A DNA stretch of 64,000 bases from Bugula neritina (taxonomy: Eukaryota; Animalia; Bryozoa): NCBI GenBank assembly GCA_964035545.1, contig OZ037769.1, positions 8,103,929 through 8,167,928 on the forward strand. Reading direction: 5' to 3'. Of the stretch, positions 42,625 to 55,493 are shown in pieces. Each line of letters opens with the position of its first letter. Positions within the stretch are counted from its first letter, which is position 1. The position numbers and the translations under genes are program-made. Under the pieces are notes generated by a model, which was given only the letters and a program-made list of their open reading frames with translations, searched no databases and was not told the origin of the DNA.

Positions 42625-45600
42625 GGCTGGACTATGATTAAAAATTAAGAAATTGTGGTCAATTTGGCCATATTTGGATTTTACTATGCATAAAAACTCT
42701 AAAATTTCCAGATTCGAGTGATGTGATTCTTTTTGATATTCTACTTTTCTTTCTATTAAAATTGTGTATTTAAAGTTACCCCTTTGTTGCAACTGGTGTG
42801 AAAAACAAAAAAAATGCAGCCATAATCACTAACTTTAGCACCATTGTTAACTGTTTTCAACTCGGCATTCTCAGTTGCACTGTACAGCATTAGTTTCAGA
42901 AAAGCCTACTTTACTAATGGGCAGTGTATAACACCTCTCAGTAAGCGCATTGAGGCAAAACAAAGATAATTGATTTAGCATAGTTTTGTCGGATTTTATT
43001 ACCCTGACCCCGTGACCCGCGATTCACTTCATTTATTGGCTGTGCTTATCGCGTGATCTGTGACGCACATCCTGTTTGCCAAAACGAACAAAGAAGCTAC
43101 ACGCAATATTCCAAACTGCCAAAACAATCTGATAATTTACCATCAATCCTTCATCTAGATCTTCTACAACCGGTGAAAATAAAGAGAAGACATATTTGAC
43201 TTTATATTTATCAACATTTTGTTTTACGAAGTGCCGTGATTTACTTATTTTGACATTAGTAATATTACATAATATTTATATTCGTACCGACTCGTTATAT
43301 AAGTCTCTAACATAGCAGCACGTATACTACAGACACAGTAAACATGCCTAAGGTTAAAAAAAGGCAGTTTCGAGGAAATCAGTACAGAAAAGCTGACCCA
43401 GTACTAGATATTACTACTAGTACTACTACTACGACGCCTGCAAGTGCTACGACGCCTGCAACTGCAAGTGCAACGACGCCCACAACTACGCCTACTACTA
43501 GACCACCCATGACGATTACTACTACTACTACTACTACTATTGCCGGCACCGCTACGCCAGTTATCGCTACTACTATTAGTAACACTAATGTAACTAACTC
43601 TACTGCACATCTAAGTGCATCTACAAGCTTTTCAGTTAGTACTATGGACTTTCAATTGGAGCCCCAGTCTGCTGCATCTGACCATCAACTTATACCACCG
43701 ACTGCCTCCAGCTCTTTGAGTCTGACTAGTGATGCTACACCTACAGTTACCGGCACTACTCCTGCTGCAACTGCCAGCTCTGCTAAACTAAATGATCAGC
43801 TAAGTACTTCAAATTTCTTATTTAGTTCTGCAAATTCTCAGCCTGACAGTATTATAGTGCAGACTAAGTTAGTTTTAGAACTTATGGGTAGGTTGTCATC
43901 TGGTAGTATTGCTTGTAAAGATCACCCTGCTATGTCCTTGCGAATTAGTGTAAAATGCCATAGTGGAATTGTACCAGCTTTTGATTTTACCTGTTCTGTT
44001 TGTGGTGTTCTTATTGAAAGTAGTGTAATGAGTGATCGTGATGTAGATCATAGGTTTTCTTTGAATACTCGGTTGGCTTTTGGTACAACCTTGGCAGGTG
44101 GGCATAGAAGTACTGCTGCAACTATTTCTGCTCATCTAGGTTTGCCCCCACCTGTCGCTTTTAGTGAGTGGGCCAAGGATGTAGAGCGACTTGGTAACAT
44201 TACTAAGGAGCTAGCTAGTAAGTCAATGGACCAGGCTGCCAGGGAAGCTGCTAGTATGAGTAACAGTAGTGATATAACAGTATCTTGTGATGGTACCTGG
44301 CAGCGTAGGGGCTTTAGTAGTAAGAATGGGGTAGCTACTGTTATTACCCATTCAGTAGGAAAACCAGGTAAAGTAGTTGATACTGAAGTTCTCTCTAGTT
44401 ATTGTTTTACATGTGCCAGTCATAAAGATAGTATACCACCAGAGCATAGTTGTGTCAAAAATCATGAGGGTTCAGCTGGTGGTATGGAGCCGGTAGGTAT
44501 GGTTAGAATTTTCAGGAGGTCAGTCGAGAAGAGAGGAGTACGGTTTGTAAAATATTTAGGGGATGGAGACTCCAAGTCTTATAGTGCTGTAAGTAAGGCC
44601 CAACCCTATGGCCCAGATGTTGTTGTTGAGAAACTTGAATGCGTAGGTCATGTGCAAAAGCGAATGGGCAAGCTTTTATTAGATAAAGTGCAGCAATGTA
44701 AGGGAAAAGAGTTTTATTGGGAAGGCCGTAAGTATAAAGGTATAGGAGGTAGTGGTAAGTTGCATAAAGCTGCTATAAAGAGAATTCAGGGTCATTATGG
44801 AGCAGCTATTAGGAATAATGTAGGAAACTTAGAGGGTATGAAAGCAAGCATTTGGAGAATATGGCATCATAGGAATAGGAATCATAGCTCATGTGATAAT
44901 TCTTGCCCGGCAGTAAATGGTAGTGGTGATGGTAATTCGAATAGTCTCCCACCTTTTGTACTAGAAGAGATAAAACCGGTTTTTGAAGCTCTTACAGCCG
45001 ATTCTCTGCTTTCAAAATGCTTGCATGGGGGTACACAAAATAATAACGAGTCTTTTCATAGGATAATTTGGTTACTTTGCCCTAAAGTGCAGTTTGTGCA
45101 GAAGCCTAGGTTAGAACTTGCTGTCAACTGTGCTGTCTTACAATTCAATGATGGTAGTACTGCTCTTGCTGCTGTTTATGATATTTTAGGAATAACGATT
45201 GGAAAACAGCTGGTAATGCACACCCACAAAAAAGATCTGCAGAGAATAAAGGCTTCCAAGAGACGGGCCACCTATCAAAGAGCAACAATAGCCAGACGAC
45301 CTGACCGGAGTGACTACCAAGCTGGAGCTTTTTAGAGATGAAATTTCAATAAACCCTCAACTTTGAAGATAAGTTAACTTTGTTACTTCGCCCCCAAAGT
45401 GAAAATTTTACAAAAACCTAAGTTTATTTTTGTTGTCAGCTGTTCTGTCGTATAATTCAATGATAATAGTACTGATTTTGTACCTGTTTACTTTGTTTTA
45501 GGAACACTGATTGTGAAGCAGTTTGCCATTTATACCCACAAAAAGATCTTCTAATAATAGTGAGTTCCCGCCACAAAGCCCAGCAGTCTGGCCAAAGTAT

Positions 45601-46427
45601 TACAAGACTGGAGTTTTCTGGAGATAGAACTTCACTAAATTTATAATTTATTCTGTAATTTTTTTTGAAATCATGCAAATACAACTAAGATTTTGAAATG
45701 AGATCATATCGATTGATAAATTTTTCGTCATTGAATTTTTTATTTGTGTATTTTCGGTTGTTACAGTAGTAAAATTATTGCTTCTCCTATAGGTTTTATG
45801 CTATTTTTATGAAATTTGGAGTATAATATGATGAGATGTGCTTCTAACAACCATGCCAAAATAATATATATTTAACTTGTAGGTTTCAAGATATAGTCAT
45901 TTCAATTTATTGAATTTTCGTCCTCAATTTTCTCATTTGTATGTTTTTTCGGTTGCTACGATAGTAAAATTCTATCTCCTCCTACAATTTTTGACCTACC
46001 CATATGAAATTTGGAACATAATATGCTTAAATGTATATCTAGCAACCCTACCAGAATTGGGCATGTGCATGTAATAGGTTTCAAGATATGGTCATCTCAA
46101 TACATGGTACCTGCTAAAAATCTAGAACTCCGGCGAAAAGTGCATAGATCTTGTTATCTAGTAAACCTAGAAGGCTAAATGTGGTAGGGGTTCTAGATAA
46201 ATATGTTTTGCTTCAAATTGTGGAGTTGGAGCAGAATTGAAATATTATTCTAGGAGAAGATAACTCTTTAGTGCACTCCGGCCAAAATCGCTATAATTTA
46301 ACCTTGACCTCTGAAATTGTGGGGGGGTGTGGGTAGGCCCATGGTTAGGAACATATCAAAATTTGAGGTCAGTAGGGCTATTATTTTTCAAGATATGGCC
46401 AATCAAGTGGAAAATCAGAGTCCTGCC
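42625..46427 (+). mobile_element. Kolobok-type (Kolobok-Hydra-like) DNA transposon, apparently full length
   Basis: TTAA at 42621-42624 and 46428-46431; TIRs GGCTGGACTATGATT / AATCAGAGTCCTGCC (13 of 15 match); repeated subterminal motifs (taggtttcaagatat.gtc, tatgaaatttgga) near the right end; internal transposase ORF. Confidence 0.85.
43344..45335 (+). CDS. DDE transposase (Mutator-like/Kolobok family), 663 aa, with Thr/Ser/Pro-rich N-terminus
   Basis: Uninterrupted ORF with DGTWQRRGFSSKNG, NHEGSAGGME, YLGDGDSKSY, KLECVGHVQKRMG, CLHGGTQNNNES and AVLQFNDG. aataaa follows the stop. Confidence 0.92.
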   Translation: MPKVKKRQFRGNQYRKADPVLDITTSTTTTTPASATTPATASATTPTTTPTTRPPMTITTTTTTTIAGTATPVIATTISNTNVTNSTAHLSASTSFSVSTMDFQLEPQSAASDHQLIPPTASSSLSLTSDATPTVTGTTPAATASSAKLNDQLSTSNFLFSSANSQPDSIIVQTKLVLELMGRLSSGSIACKDHPAMSLRISVKCHSGIVPAFDFTCSVCGVLIESSVMSDRDVDHRFSLNTRLAFGTTLAGGHRSTAATISAHLGLPPPVAFSEWAKDVERLGNITKELASKSMDQAAREAASMSNSSDITVSCDGTWQRRGFSSKNGVATVITHSVGKPGKVVDTEVLSSYCFTCASHKDSIPPEHSCVKNHEGSAGGMEPVGMVRIFRRSVEKRGVRFVKYLGDGDSKSYSAVSKAQPYGPDVVVEKLECVGHVQKRMGKLLLDKVQQCKGKEFYWEGRKYKGIGGSGKLHKAAIKRIQGHYGAAIRNNVGNLEGMKASIWRIWHHRNRNHSSCDNSCPAVNGSGDGNSNSLPPFVLEEIKPVFEALTADSLLSKCLHGGTQNNNESFHRIIWLLCPKVQFVQKPRLELAVNCAVLQFNDGSTALAAVYDILGITIGKQLVMHTHKKDLQRIKASKRRATYQRATIARRPDRSDYQAGAF

Positions 46428-46676
46428 TTAACAACTAAGTGGTTTCAGAGCTACTACAAAATATTTTTCAGCTTACACTAATCGGATTAATTTTCAATTT
46501 CATCAAAATAAGTGCAGGTCCAACAACTATTAGAGGTGTGGTGCAGGCTATACTGACAATAAAAGGCTCTTTGAACAACTTTAGTGCAAGCGCTGCACTA
46601 ATATTTCTCTCTGTGTAAATTTTCCACTTGAACGTTTCCCACTTAGACGCTTCTCAGTTAGACACTATTTCTTATT

Positions 46677-48128
46677 TTGGTACCATATAATATAGCAATA
46701 TACCTATATATATATATGGCCAAAATACACAAACTCAAACAAGGAGATGGTATAGAGAAGCTACAAATGCGACCAATAATTTCTAACATAGGCACTGCAT
46801 CATACCAACTTGCGAAATACCTGGCCAAAATGCTAAAACCACTTAGTGAATCTGAAAGTAATATCGAATCAACCGATAGTTTTCTTACATATATACGGCA
46901 ACTTCATATTCCAGCAAACCATCAACTGATATCATTTGATGTTGTTTCCCTCTTTACTTCTGTACCACTTGACTACACGATTTCAGCAATCATAACTGAT
47001 ATTTATGAGAAACAACGAATCCAAACAACTATACCAAAAAAGAAAATGATAAACTTACTCAACCTTTGTACAAAACAAGTTCACTTTACTTTCAACGATA
47101 TCATTTATACACAGACGGATGGTGTTGCTATGGGATCTCCTCTAGGACCAATAATTGCGAATATATTCATGACAAAACTAGAACAGAAAGTATTACCAAA
47201 ATTGAATTCAATGTCACCTTGGGTGAGATACATAGATGACACATTTGCAACCATAGACCCTGATTATATTAACACAACACTCAACACACTTAATAATTTT
47301 CATCCTAACATAAAATTTACACACGAACTAGAAACCAATAAATCACTTTCTTTTCTGGATGTTACAGTTTTGCGACACAATAGCTCAGTGGAAACCACAG
47401 TATTCCGCAAGCCAACACATAACGATACATATTTACATTGGAACTCTTTCTCACTAAAAACATGGAAGCTAAGCACACTCAAGTCACTAGTATTAAGGGC
47501 TAATAAAATCTGTTCTACTCCAGCACTTAAGACCCAAGAACTTAACTATATTCGAAATGTTTTTGAACATAAAAATGGTTACCCTAAATATGTAATAGAG
47601 AAAACTATTAACAACATTGGTGACGGACTACTTAGTGAAAAAGACAACAGGAAACACATTTTACTCCAGCTGCCTTATAAAGGAGTAACAGGAGAAAAAC
47701 TAATCCGCTCCCTCAATAAATTAATTACAGACTCTTTTTCAAATGAACTCAATGCCCGGATTTTATTTAAAGGAACCCCTTTAAGTTCACATTTTAATCT
47801 CAAAGATAAAACCAATAAAGAACACATTCACAACTTAGTCTACAAAATAACCTGCCCTGAAGCTACCTGTCAACAAACATATGTAGGCGAAACCGGACGT
47901 CGCCTATCACACAGGATACATGAACACTGCCATGACATCAATTCCAAAATTTATCAACACTCTTCCACCACTAATCATGGAAACATATCAATAGACAATG
48001 TAACAGTTTTAAATCATTCATTTAAAGGAATCCACCATCGAAAAGTAGCCGAAGCTCTCTACATTAAACAAATAAAACCGCAACTCAATAAACAAAATTA
48101 CTCCATACCACTAAAACTATATCAATAG
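46677..48128 (+). CDS. PLE reverse transcriptase + GIY-YIG endonuclease (N-terminally truncated)
   Basis: AKIHK, RPIISNIG, SFDVVSLFT, GVAMGSPLGP, RYIDD, FLDV, RKPTH and VYKITCPEATCQQTYVGET...RIHEH. Homology starts at about 46713. Confidence 0.9.
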   Translation: MVPYNIAIYLYIYMAKIHKLKQGDGIEKLQMRPIISNIGTASYQLAKYLAKMLKPLSESESNIESTDSFLTYIRQLHIPANHQLISFDVVSLFTSVPLDYTISAIITDIYEKQRIQTTIPKKKMINLLNLCTKQVHFTFNDIIYTQTDGVAMGSPLGPIIANIFMTKLEQKVLPKLNSMSPWVRYIDDTFATIDPDYINTTLNTLNNFHPNIKFTHELETNKSLSFLDVTVLRHNSSVETTVFRKPTHNDTYLHWNSFSLKTWKLSTLKSLVLRANKICSTPALKTQELNYIRNVFEHKNGYPKYVIEKTINNIGDGLLSEKDNRKHILLQLPYKGVTGEKLIRSLNKLITDSFSNELNARILFKGTPLSSHFNLKDKTNKEHIHNLVYKITCPEATCQQTYVGETGRRLSHRIHEHCHDINSKIYQHSSTTNHGNISIDNVTVLNHSFKGIHHRKVAEALYIKQIKPQLNKQNYSIPLKLYQ

Positions 48129-48468
48129 CTCCACACTACTCAACTCTCGCATAGTTTCACTAATTCTTGCCATTTTTATACTTGGATATCTATATTTTTT
48201 TGTCAACTCTAATTTATTTTTTATGCAAAACAATCAGTATAATTTTTGACCTGCGTAACATATAAAATAAGATTATCTCCCTAAGTTTCAATAATTTACA
48301 ATAACTGCCACTCTCTACTCTTTGTGTCATGCATAACGTCTAACGTAACATAATAATTTTTGAATTTCATTCATTGCTACTCTGAAGATGGGTACAGTGG
48401 TACCCGAAATATTAGTAGAATTATTTTACATATAATAAAGTAATAAATCAACAATGTTTCTCGTATAC

Positions 48469-48477
<9 letters not shown>
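46700..48477 (+). mobile_element. Penelope-like retroelement (Poseidon/Penelope type), 5'-truncated, RT + GIY-YIG + pLTR
   Basis: Open RT-endonuclease frame, then a ~350 bp 3' region with a hammerhead motif, ending in (TA)n. Confidence 0.92.
48377..48418 (+). ncRNA. Minimal type I hammerhead motif
   Basis: ctact CTGAAGA t gggtac agtg gtaccc GAAA ta TT agtag. 5-bp stem I; AUU cleavage after 48413. Confidence 0.8.

Positions 48478-48557
<80 letters not shown>
48474..48557. repeat. (TA)n microsatellite between tail-to-tail PLE ends
   Basis: Direct reading. Confidence 0.97.
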
Positions 48558-48560
<3 letters not shown>

Positions 48561-48860
48561 GGATTATGATTAATTATGATTGAATACACGAAAAAATATT
48601 TTTTGTTGTATAACTTTATTAGGCAAAGTAATTAACTTATATTTCGGACACCACTTTGCCCATCTTCAGAGTTACAATGAATAATCAAATTTCAAAAGTT
48701 ATTACATTATGTTGGACACTATGCATGACACAAAGAATAGAGAGTGGCAGTTATTGCAAATTATTCAAACTGAAAGAAATAATGTTGCTTTTTATATTAC
48801 ACAAGTCAAAATTATGCTGGTTTCTTTGCATAAAAAATAAATTAGAATTGACAAAATATA
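48557..48860 (-). mobile_element. Inverted PLE pLTR (variant B)
   Basis: Diverged reverse complement of 48190-48470; nearly identical to 1415-1720. Confidence 0.85.
48633..48674 (-). ncRNA. Minimal type I hammerhead motif (variant B)
   Basis: Minus strand reads taact CTGAAGA t gggca aagtgg tgtcc GAAA ta TA agtta. 5-bp stem I. Confidence 0.78.
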
Positions 48861-49372
48861 GCAGGGCATAATTTCACAGTATCTCGTCCTCAGACATAAC
48901 ACTTATGTACCAATACGAGATACATTACATCATAATTAAATGTTGTCTATCGGCAAAAATTTCGCAGTAGCCAATCATAGTACTATAACAGGGCAGTCTG
49001 AGTGTAGTATCTCGTTCATCGGCATAATTATAATAGCCCGTAGTTGAAGATGGAGTTGGAAGCTTTTCAAATACCTCCCGCATATAATAGCATTTATGCT
49101 AGTCCTTAAAACTAAATAAACATTATGGTAGACCAATAATCATGAAAGCTCTACTCATTTGTAACTGGAGGATTTGTAGCACCACAATACTAAATTTCTT
49201 GCATTGGAGGTGCTTAGGCTGTGTTGTCATAGTGATATGTACTTATTGGGGCTTGGTATAAAATTAAACCTGACAATTATAAGGAGTAAGGTATTATTGC
49301 TGTGGTTTCAACTGACCAACTTTGGAGTTATTATCTTGATTCTTTGTCAGGAATGGTTAGATAATTTCATGC

Positions 49373-49436
49373 AATAATGAGTTTTGGCTTTATATCATTA
49401 TAAATAATGAGTTTTGGCTTTATATCATTATAAATA
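49373..49436. repeat. Perfect 30-bp tandem duplication
   Basis: aataatgagttttggctttatatcattata repeated twice. Confidence 0.9.
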
Positions 49437-52400
49437 TCTACATTGATGGCAGCACTGAGCTAGAATTCTAATATCTTTTCAAGCTCATTGGGTGGCAGCT
49501 TATCGGCTAAATTTTATGCAGATATTGAATAATGTGGTTTGATAGTTATGCTATATTGTTAGGTTCACAAGCATCTTTAAAAAGTTATAATTATTGCGTT
49601 AACCATAGGTCAAAAAATTACCTAAAGAGAGGGCAGACAACTCCAAAAGATTGTTTTCGCAGAAGCAAGTAAAATTCAGCTAAACTGAATACTCCAACTG
49701 ATCAACATTTTTCATCTATTGAAATTGAAGAAAAGTTAAATATTATTATACTATTCCAATCATGAATAGGCACAAGCTCAAAAGATATTTATTTCAAAAA
49801 ATATAAAAAGTAAAGTAACACAACAATGTTTGCAAACGCAGACCTAAAAATGTGAATATTCTAGCTTGAAATTAAGTCTGAAATTCAGATTTTTCTAGGT
49901 TGAATTGACTTTAATTGACTCACCAGAAAAAACAATCAATAAAATTATAAAGACAAGCATGTAATGAAAAATGTAGTTCATTAGCAAAACTGGAGGAAAG
50001 CACTTTTTTTTCTAGAAATTGTTCGATTACATAATACATTTTGTGCAAATGATATTTTTTAATAAAATGAAACTGTTGTATTGTTTGGCTAGATGAAGTT
50101 TCAAAAGTATTTTTAATATTTTCTCAAATAAAGTAGACATGCACTCCATTTTCACATTTTTTGGCAAAACATATGATTGGGATTCAGTAGTCAATCAGTT
50201 AAGCTTGACATAAGGAGTTGTCACATCCATCCTAAAGAACAAGACCATCTACAATAACAAACATGGAAAGTACTTAAAATTACATTTAAGTTTACAATAA
50301 TCCTTAAAATATATGTTGCCTTCTGCAAATGCTAAATAAAACACGATGTAATGCTATGTTTACTTAGACTAAATCTTGCTGACTTACAATGAAATTCATT
50401 CATTTCAATTTGAAAATTCCTGTCAATAACTTGACTCTATGCTAACAACTAATTGTAATACCAAAATCACACTGCTACTTTTAGTTTAGGGAATTTATTT
50501 TCATTATTAGTTCAATATTCAGCAGAGGTTTTTCTTTAATGAACAAACAATAGGCATACATGCAGATGAAAAATTAGGTCTAGTGAATACTAATTTTGTG
50601 CCTAACAAAAAAAAATGAAAGACTGCATGAAAAACTAACAACTCTAAAAAATTGCAATTTGAATGAGGCTCAGGCTTTTAGGTGAGCAAGAGTAACCAGA
50701 AGAGCTACTTTAATGGAAGAAATTACTGACTGATTGTGTAGTTGCAGGCTGCATGATGTGTTTTGATTGTCACAACCACTTTTGAAAAGGGAAAATCCAG
50801 TAAATTAAGACTACTGGCAAACAACGGAACGATAAGGAAAAAATACCAAGTAGAAATTCACTTCTCAAAGCAAACTGTAGTTAATACATTATAGATGCTT
50901 AGAAGAAGCAGGCAATAGTGAATGCTATATAGTGTAGATCAGGATTCTATACAATGACAAGTAAACTGAAATTCCAGTGCACTTTGAAACTACTTGTAAG
51001 AATGGGCTTAGTGCTTTATAGTGCCTTGAAATTTTTTCAAGTCTAATTGGCACCATGCTATTAGAATTCGCAGAGAGATGACCCTTTAAACTTTCACTTT
51101 AAACTTTAATACCTTCACAATTTTCAGTAAGAAATTCAATTTATCTAGGTCTGAAATTTCACCGAGTTGCATTGCGAGCCGCTGGTCAAAATGTTTAGTT
51201 TGTGATAACTTAATCAGCTGATTTCAGAATAACAATCATTGGGAATGACATCTTCATGTAGATATAGATATTTATGCTTATAATTATATCGGCTGCCTTC
51301 ATCAATCATCGATACTATGCTGCCAAATCAACTAATTAATTACAGTTGGAAACTTCAAAGGGCATTGAATAGCAATTAAGCAAGTTATACTTTTAATATT
51401 ACAAAAAGAACTTATGCATCAATATGATTTAAAATATAGGTGGGCACTCCGCTAGTGATATTAACTGAAACTGGAACTTTTTTCATGCAGGAAAAGCAAA
51501 AACGCATCTCAACAGAAACCTAAAAATTTCCAGCACACTTTATGCTTTGACAACATGCACACAATAACTTCGTTTATGGTACAAACCTTTTTGTTGATTG
51601 TTTTCCAACATTTTCACTAGAGCAAAGCCGAAAGAAATTTGGAAACTGCATAATGATGCCAGCCACCGTGGCATCATCTTCTCTGGAAAATTATTGACAA
51701 ATCATCACCCAAAAACTTCAGCAAAGCCTCCATCAATAGTATGTAATACTTTAGGTGAAACTAAAAAGAAAGAGACAATATTTTCGTGTAATTTAACCCA
51801 TCAATAAACGCATCAATAGTTAGTGTGGCCACGGTTTAAACCTCATTAATTTCATGCTATTTAAGGCTTTTACAACTTAAAAGATGTAATTCATCTGCAA
51901 GAGAAATGTTAGGTATATGAAATGAGTAGAAGTGCAAAAGCAAGCAGGTATTAAGGAAGGAAGAGTTAGTAGGTGTACTTTGACTTGCGATAAATCAATG
52001 TGATACCAGATGTGAATTTTGAGGTGTGTTTACTCCAATCTCACTGAAAAGGTAGAAATAGCTAAATTTACGAGACACACAATATTTTATAAAATACTGC
52101 ACATTCATTAAAACTTTATAAAACTCTAGTGTGAAGGGTGACTCACACTTTTAAACCGTCGATGAGCTAAGTTGTAAAAGTTTGATAAGAACCTTTTACT
52201 CTATAAATTTATGCAATATAAAATACTCTCCACATATTCAACAGCTACGAAGTTTTGTTGAAGATAAACTTCCGCAACAAATATACAGAAAAAAGCTATT
52301 TGAAAGCCAAATTTCATAAGCATATTATAAGATTATTTGTGTTTCATCTTTATAAACAATGATTTAGTCATTTAACGGATAACTAATGATTTCACTTTGT

Positions 52401-52807
52401 TTTTCATTCAATAAAAACCAAGTGTAGTTGGTATTAAAAACAGCTTTCATTTCTCACTTTTTTTCTCACCCTAATCTGCGTAGGCAAACAATTGGTTTGT
52501 TTCAAACACCACAACAGCAAAGCGTGACAGCATAGCCAGTGGAGAAAACAATCATCTATACTGCTGGATCAGTGGCAACTTGTGAGTGTGTCAGAGTAGT
52601 GTCTTGTTGTGTGACTCTACAAATAAATTATGAATTTGAATATACTACAAAGTTGCAAACATTGTTTTAACAAAACACAGCATTTATTTGATATTATATG
52701 TAAAGCTCAAGTTGGTATAATATATATTAAATAAATTTTAGCTTTCCTTTTGGATACTCTGAAACAAAATAAAAAAATAAACCAAAATTGGGTAAAGCCA
52801 TGCAAAC

Positions 52808-53030
52808 TAGAGAGAGAAAGGTTAGGAGAGAGGATGGAAGAGAGATGGGGTAGAAGAGAGAAAGGGAGAGAGTCAGAGAGATAGTGGAAAAGGGAAGAGA
52901 GAAAGGTTAGGAGAGAGAGAAGGTGGGAGAGACAGAGGGTGGGAGAGAGGGAGGGTGGGAGAGAGGGAGAGAAAGAGAGAGAGGTTGAGTGGAAGGTGTG
53001 GGAGAAAGAGACAGAGAGAGGAGTGAGAGA
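52808..53030. repeat. Purine-rich (GA/GGA) low-complexity tract
   Basis: Direct reading. Confidence 0.9.
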
Positions 53031-53431
53031 GCTTCCAAACTAACACCATTGACTTAAAAAATGTTGATAAAAACTGCAGCAAGTCTTTAAAAACGATGCT
53101 AGCAAGTTCAAAGCTCACTATAACTTTCAAAATCAATAAAATGTCAAGTTCAAAAAACTCATCTGCGAGCAAAAAATAGTTACAGAGACAACCAGGTATT
53201 GGGCAAGAGCCAGCTAATTATAGGAGTACCTTTTTAGATAAACTGCATGCAGGCACAGTGAGATAGCATCGGTGAGTTGTGTCTTCATTTTAATTTCCTA
53301 AAAATGAACATAAACAAATGCTAGTAATGAAAGTTTTCAGGGTTATTAAGGGTGTAATTTTATCACTAAACATCATAGCAATAGCAAAAATTGCTCAGTA
53401 CAAATTTAGGAAAAATTTCTTTCATCCATTA

Positions 53432-55493
53432 GGGGAAGGCGGGGCAAGTTGGGTCAAAAAATGGTTTTTTTAATATTGTGGCTGATCTAAGCGTGTAAAT
53501 GTCAAACTGTTTGTCATAAAGATAGATTAACATGTTATCTGCAATAGCTCAATTTTATTTCGAGGCAACACCAACAATTAGTCAGCTACAGATAATACCG
53601 TAAAACCTTTCTTCTGACCCAACTTACCCCGCATGAGGGGTAAGTTGGGTCACCACCAAAAACAAATGGGGCAAGTTGGGTCGCTATTTCATTATTATAG
53701 CATCTAACATATCAGTGAAATTAATTCAGATTATTAATGTTTATTAGGTCTAAGTAATGATTAACATCATATTAGTTTGAGAAAAACATACAAAGTTTGT
53801 AACCTAGGCTCCCAGTCATCATCTAAGTTAGTGAGATTATTTGAGTTCAGACTCTGGGAATGGGCAAAAAAGAAGTAAACCAAATCTGCTTGGGGCTATT
53901 ATTTTTATTTAATAAAGGCATCAAGAAAACTAACTCGACTCAAAGCCTATGCCATCTAGTTTGTTGCCAAAACTAACACAGCCTAGAATTCGAACAGTTG
54001 TTCCAGTTGAGACAGGTGCCCCCAGCACTCTAACAATTTGCTCAAATTCCACTGCAGATATGTCTGGCTGCGATGGATTAGAGAATGTGCCCTGTAGAGT
54101 CTTTTTGTAAAAGTCCACTTTCCAATTTCCTTCATCCTTGCCAACCACCATTCCAACAAAACCTATGGTTGAACGTTTTCCTTTGTATTTTACCACCACA
54201 AACGCCACTTCTTCTACATCTGCCACATTCTGTTCTTCTACTTCCGCCTCGGATGGTGAATCGCTGTCTGTCTCTAGCTAAGCTATATGGTTCTGCTAAT
54301 CTTCTTCGCTGCAAGATTCTAGTTCTTTCTGTATAGGCTTACGCTTAGGTCGTTTCTTTCCTTTATTCAACTTGTCTGCTCATTCTTGTTCGATTCTTTC
54401 TTTCTCTGGTGTGTCTGTCAGTATAGCGTTCTTCTGGGTGCTCCATCTTTGCGTGGAGCAGCTTTGGGTAAGGGAAGAATATCTTGAGGGATAACAGGCT
54501 GCTTAGAGGTAGCCACCACCAGTGAAGTAGAAGTATCCTGAGAGGTAGCCCCTGCCAATAAACCAGAAGTACTAGGCGTGCTTGAATTGTGGATTGAAAT
54601 CTGGAATAAAGTTAGTTGAGATGAACTTAGCTAAGTTGAATCAGATCATCTTGCCCATTGATCGCTGTTTGAGGTCTGTCCGTAGCATCGGTTGGAACAT
54701 AGTCGGCGTCGGTAAATATGCCTGCGTTTGATGCCAAATGAGCGAAAGCTCGATGTTATATTAGCAACAGTCATGTTTTGTCCAAATGCTCGCTCTGTTA
54801 GGGTGCCAATGTCTTGCACTTTTATGCTCCTGTTCGGATAGGTTATCATTAAGTTATCCATTGCATTGTTGAAGTATGTTTTCATTGGACCGAAAACAGT
54901 TCTAACCAGAGACTGTAATCGGAGTGAAATATGTGGTGGCAAGGTGAGTAGAACATCACCTGATTCTTTAGCAAGTTACAGACTCTAAGGATATATGTGA
55001 GCATGCAGTGATTATCCAGTATCATGATCTGCAACAATAAATTTACATTAACATTATGTTTAGTGAATTGGGGCAAGTTGGGCCACTGACCCAACTAGCC
55101 CCAAAATTTTGACCCAACTTGCCCCATTGGCAGCAATTTTGGAAAGCATGTAATTTTTGCATGAAAAAATTAAATTAGAATGTTTTATAATCCACTAAAA
55201 ATAAGCTAACTACTTAAGCATCCATGACGCAAAACATCAACATTCTATCCCCATGCTTAATGACAAAATTTTGGTCTACTGTTTTGGTGAACAGAATGTC
55301 AAATGAAGCAAAAATATTGATATTTGCTAATATTTCACTCACCTTTTTTTTGATAATGTTGTTGTAATAACAAGAAGTTATTTTAGTTTGGCCTTTACTT
55401 CTTGACCTAACTATTTAGTTTCCTAGCATTGCAGATTTTGAGAAAATGGCCTGACCCAACTTGCCCCTTGACCCAACTTACCCCGTCTTCCCC
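53432..55493 (-). mobile_element. Internally deleted pogo/Tigger-like (Tc1/mariner superfamily) DNA transposon
   Basis: TA TSD. TIRs ggggaaggcggggcaagttgggtca / tgacccaacttaccccgtcttcccc. Eight further copies or variants of ggggYaagttgggtca lie near the two ends. Frameshifted DDE_1-like ILDNH...LPPHISLRLQSLVRTVFGPMKTYF. Confidence 0.88.

Noticed and set aside
43379-44135. Antisense ORFs within the transposase, and similar shadow ORFs over PLE, LINE and lectin exons
   Set aside because: Reverse-frame shadows of real or decayed coding sequence.
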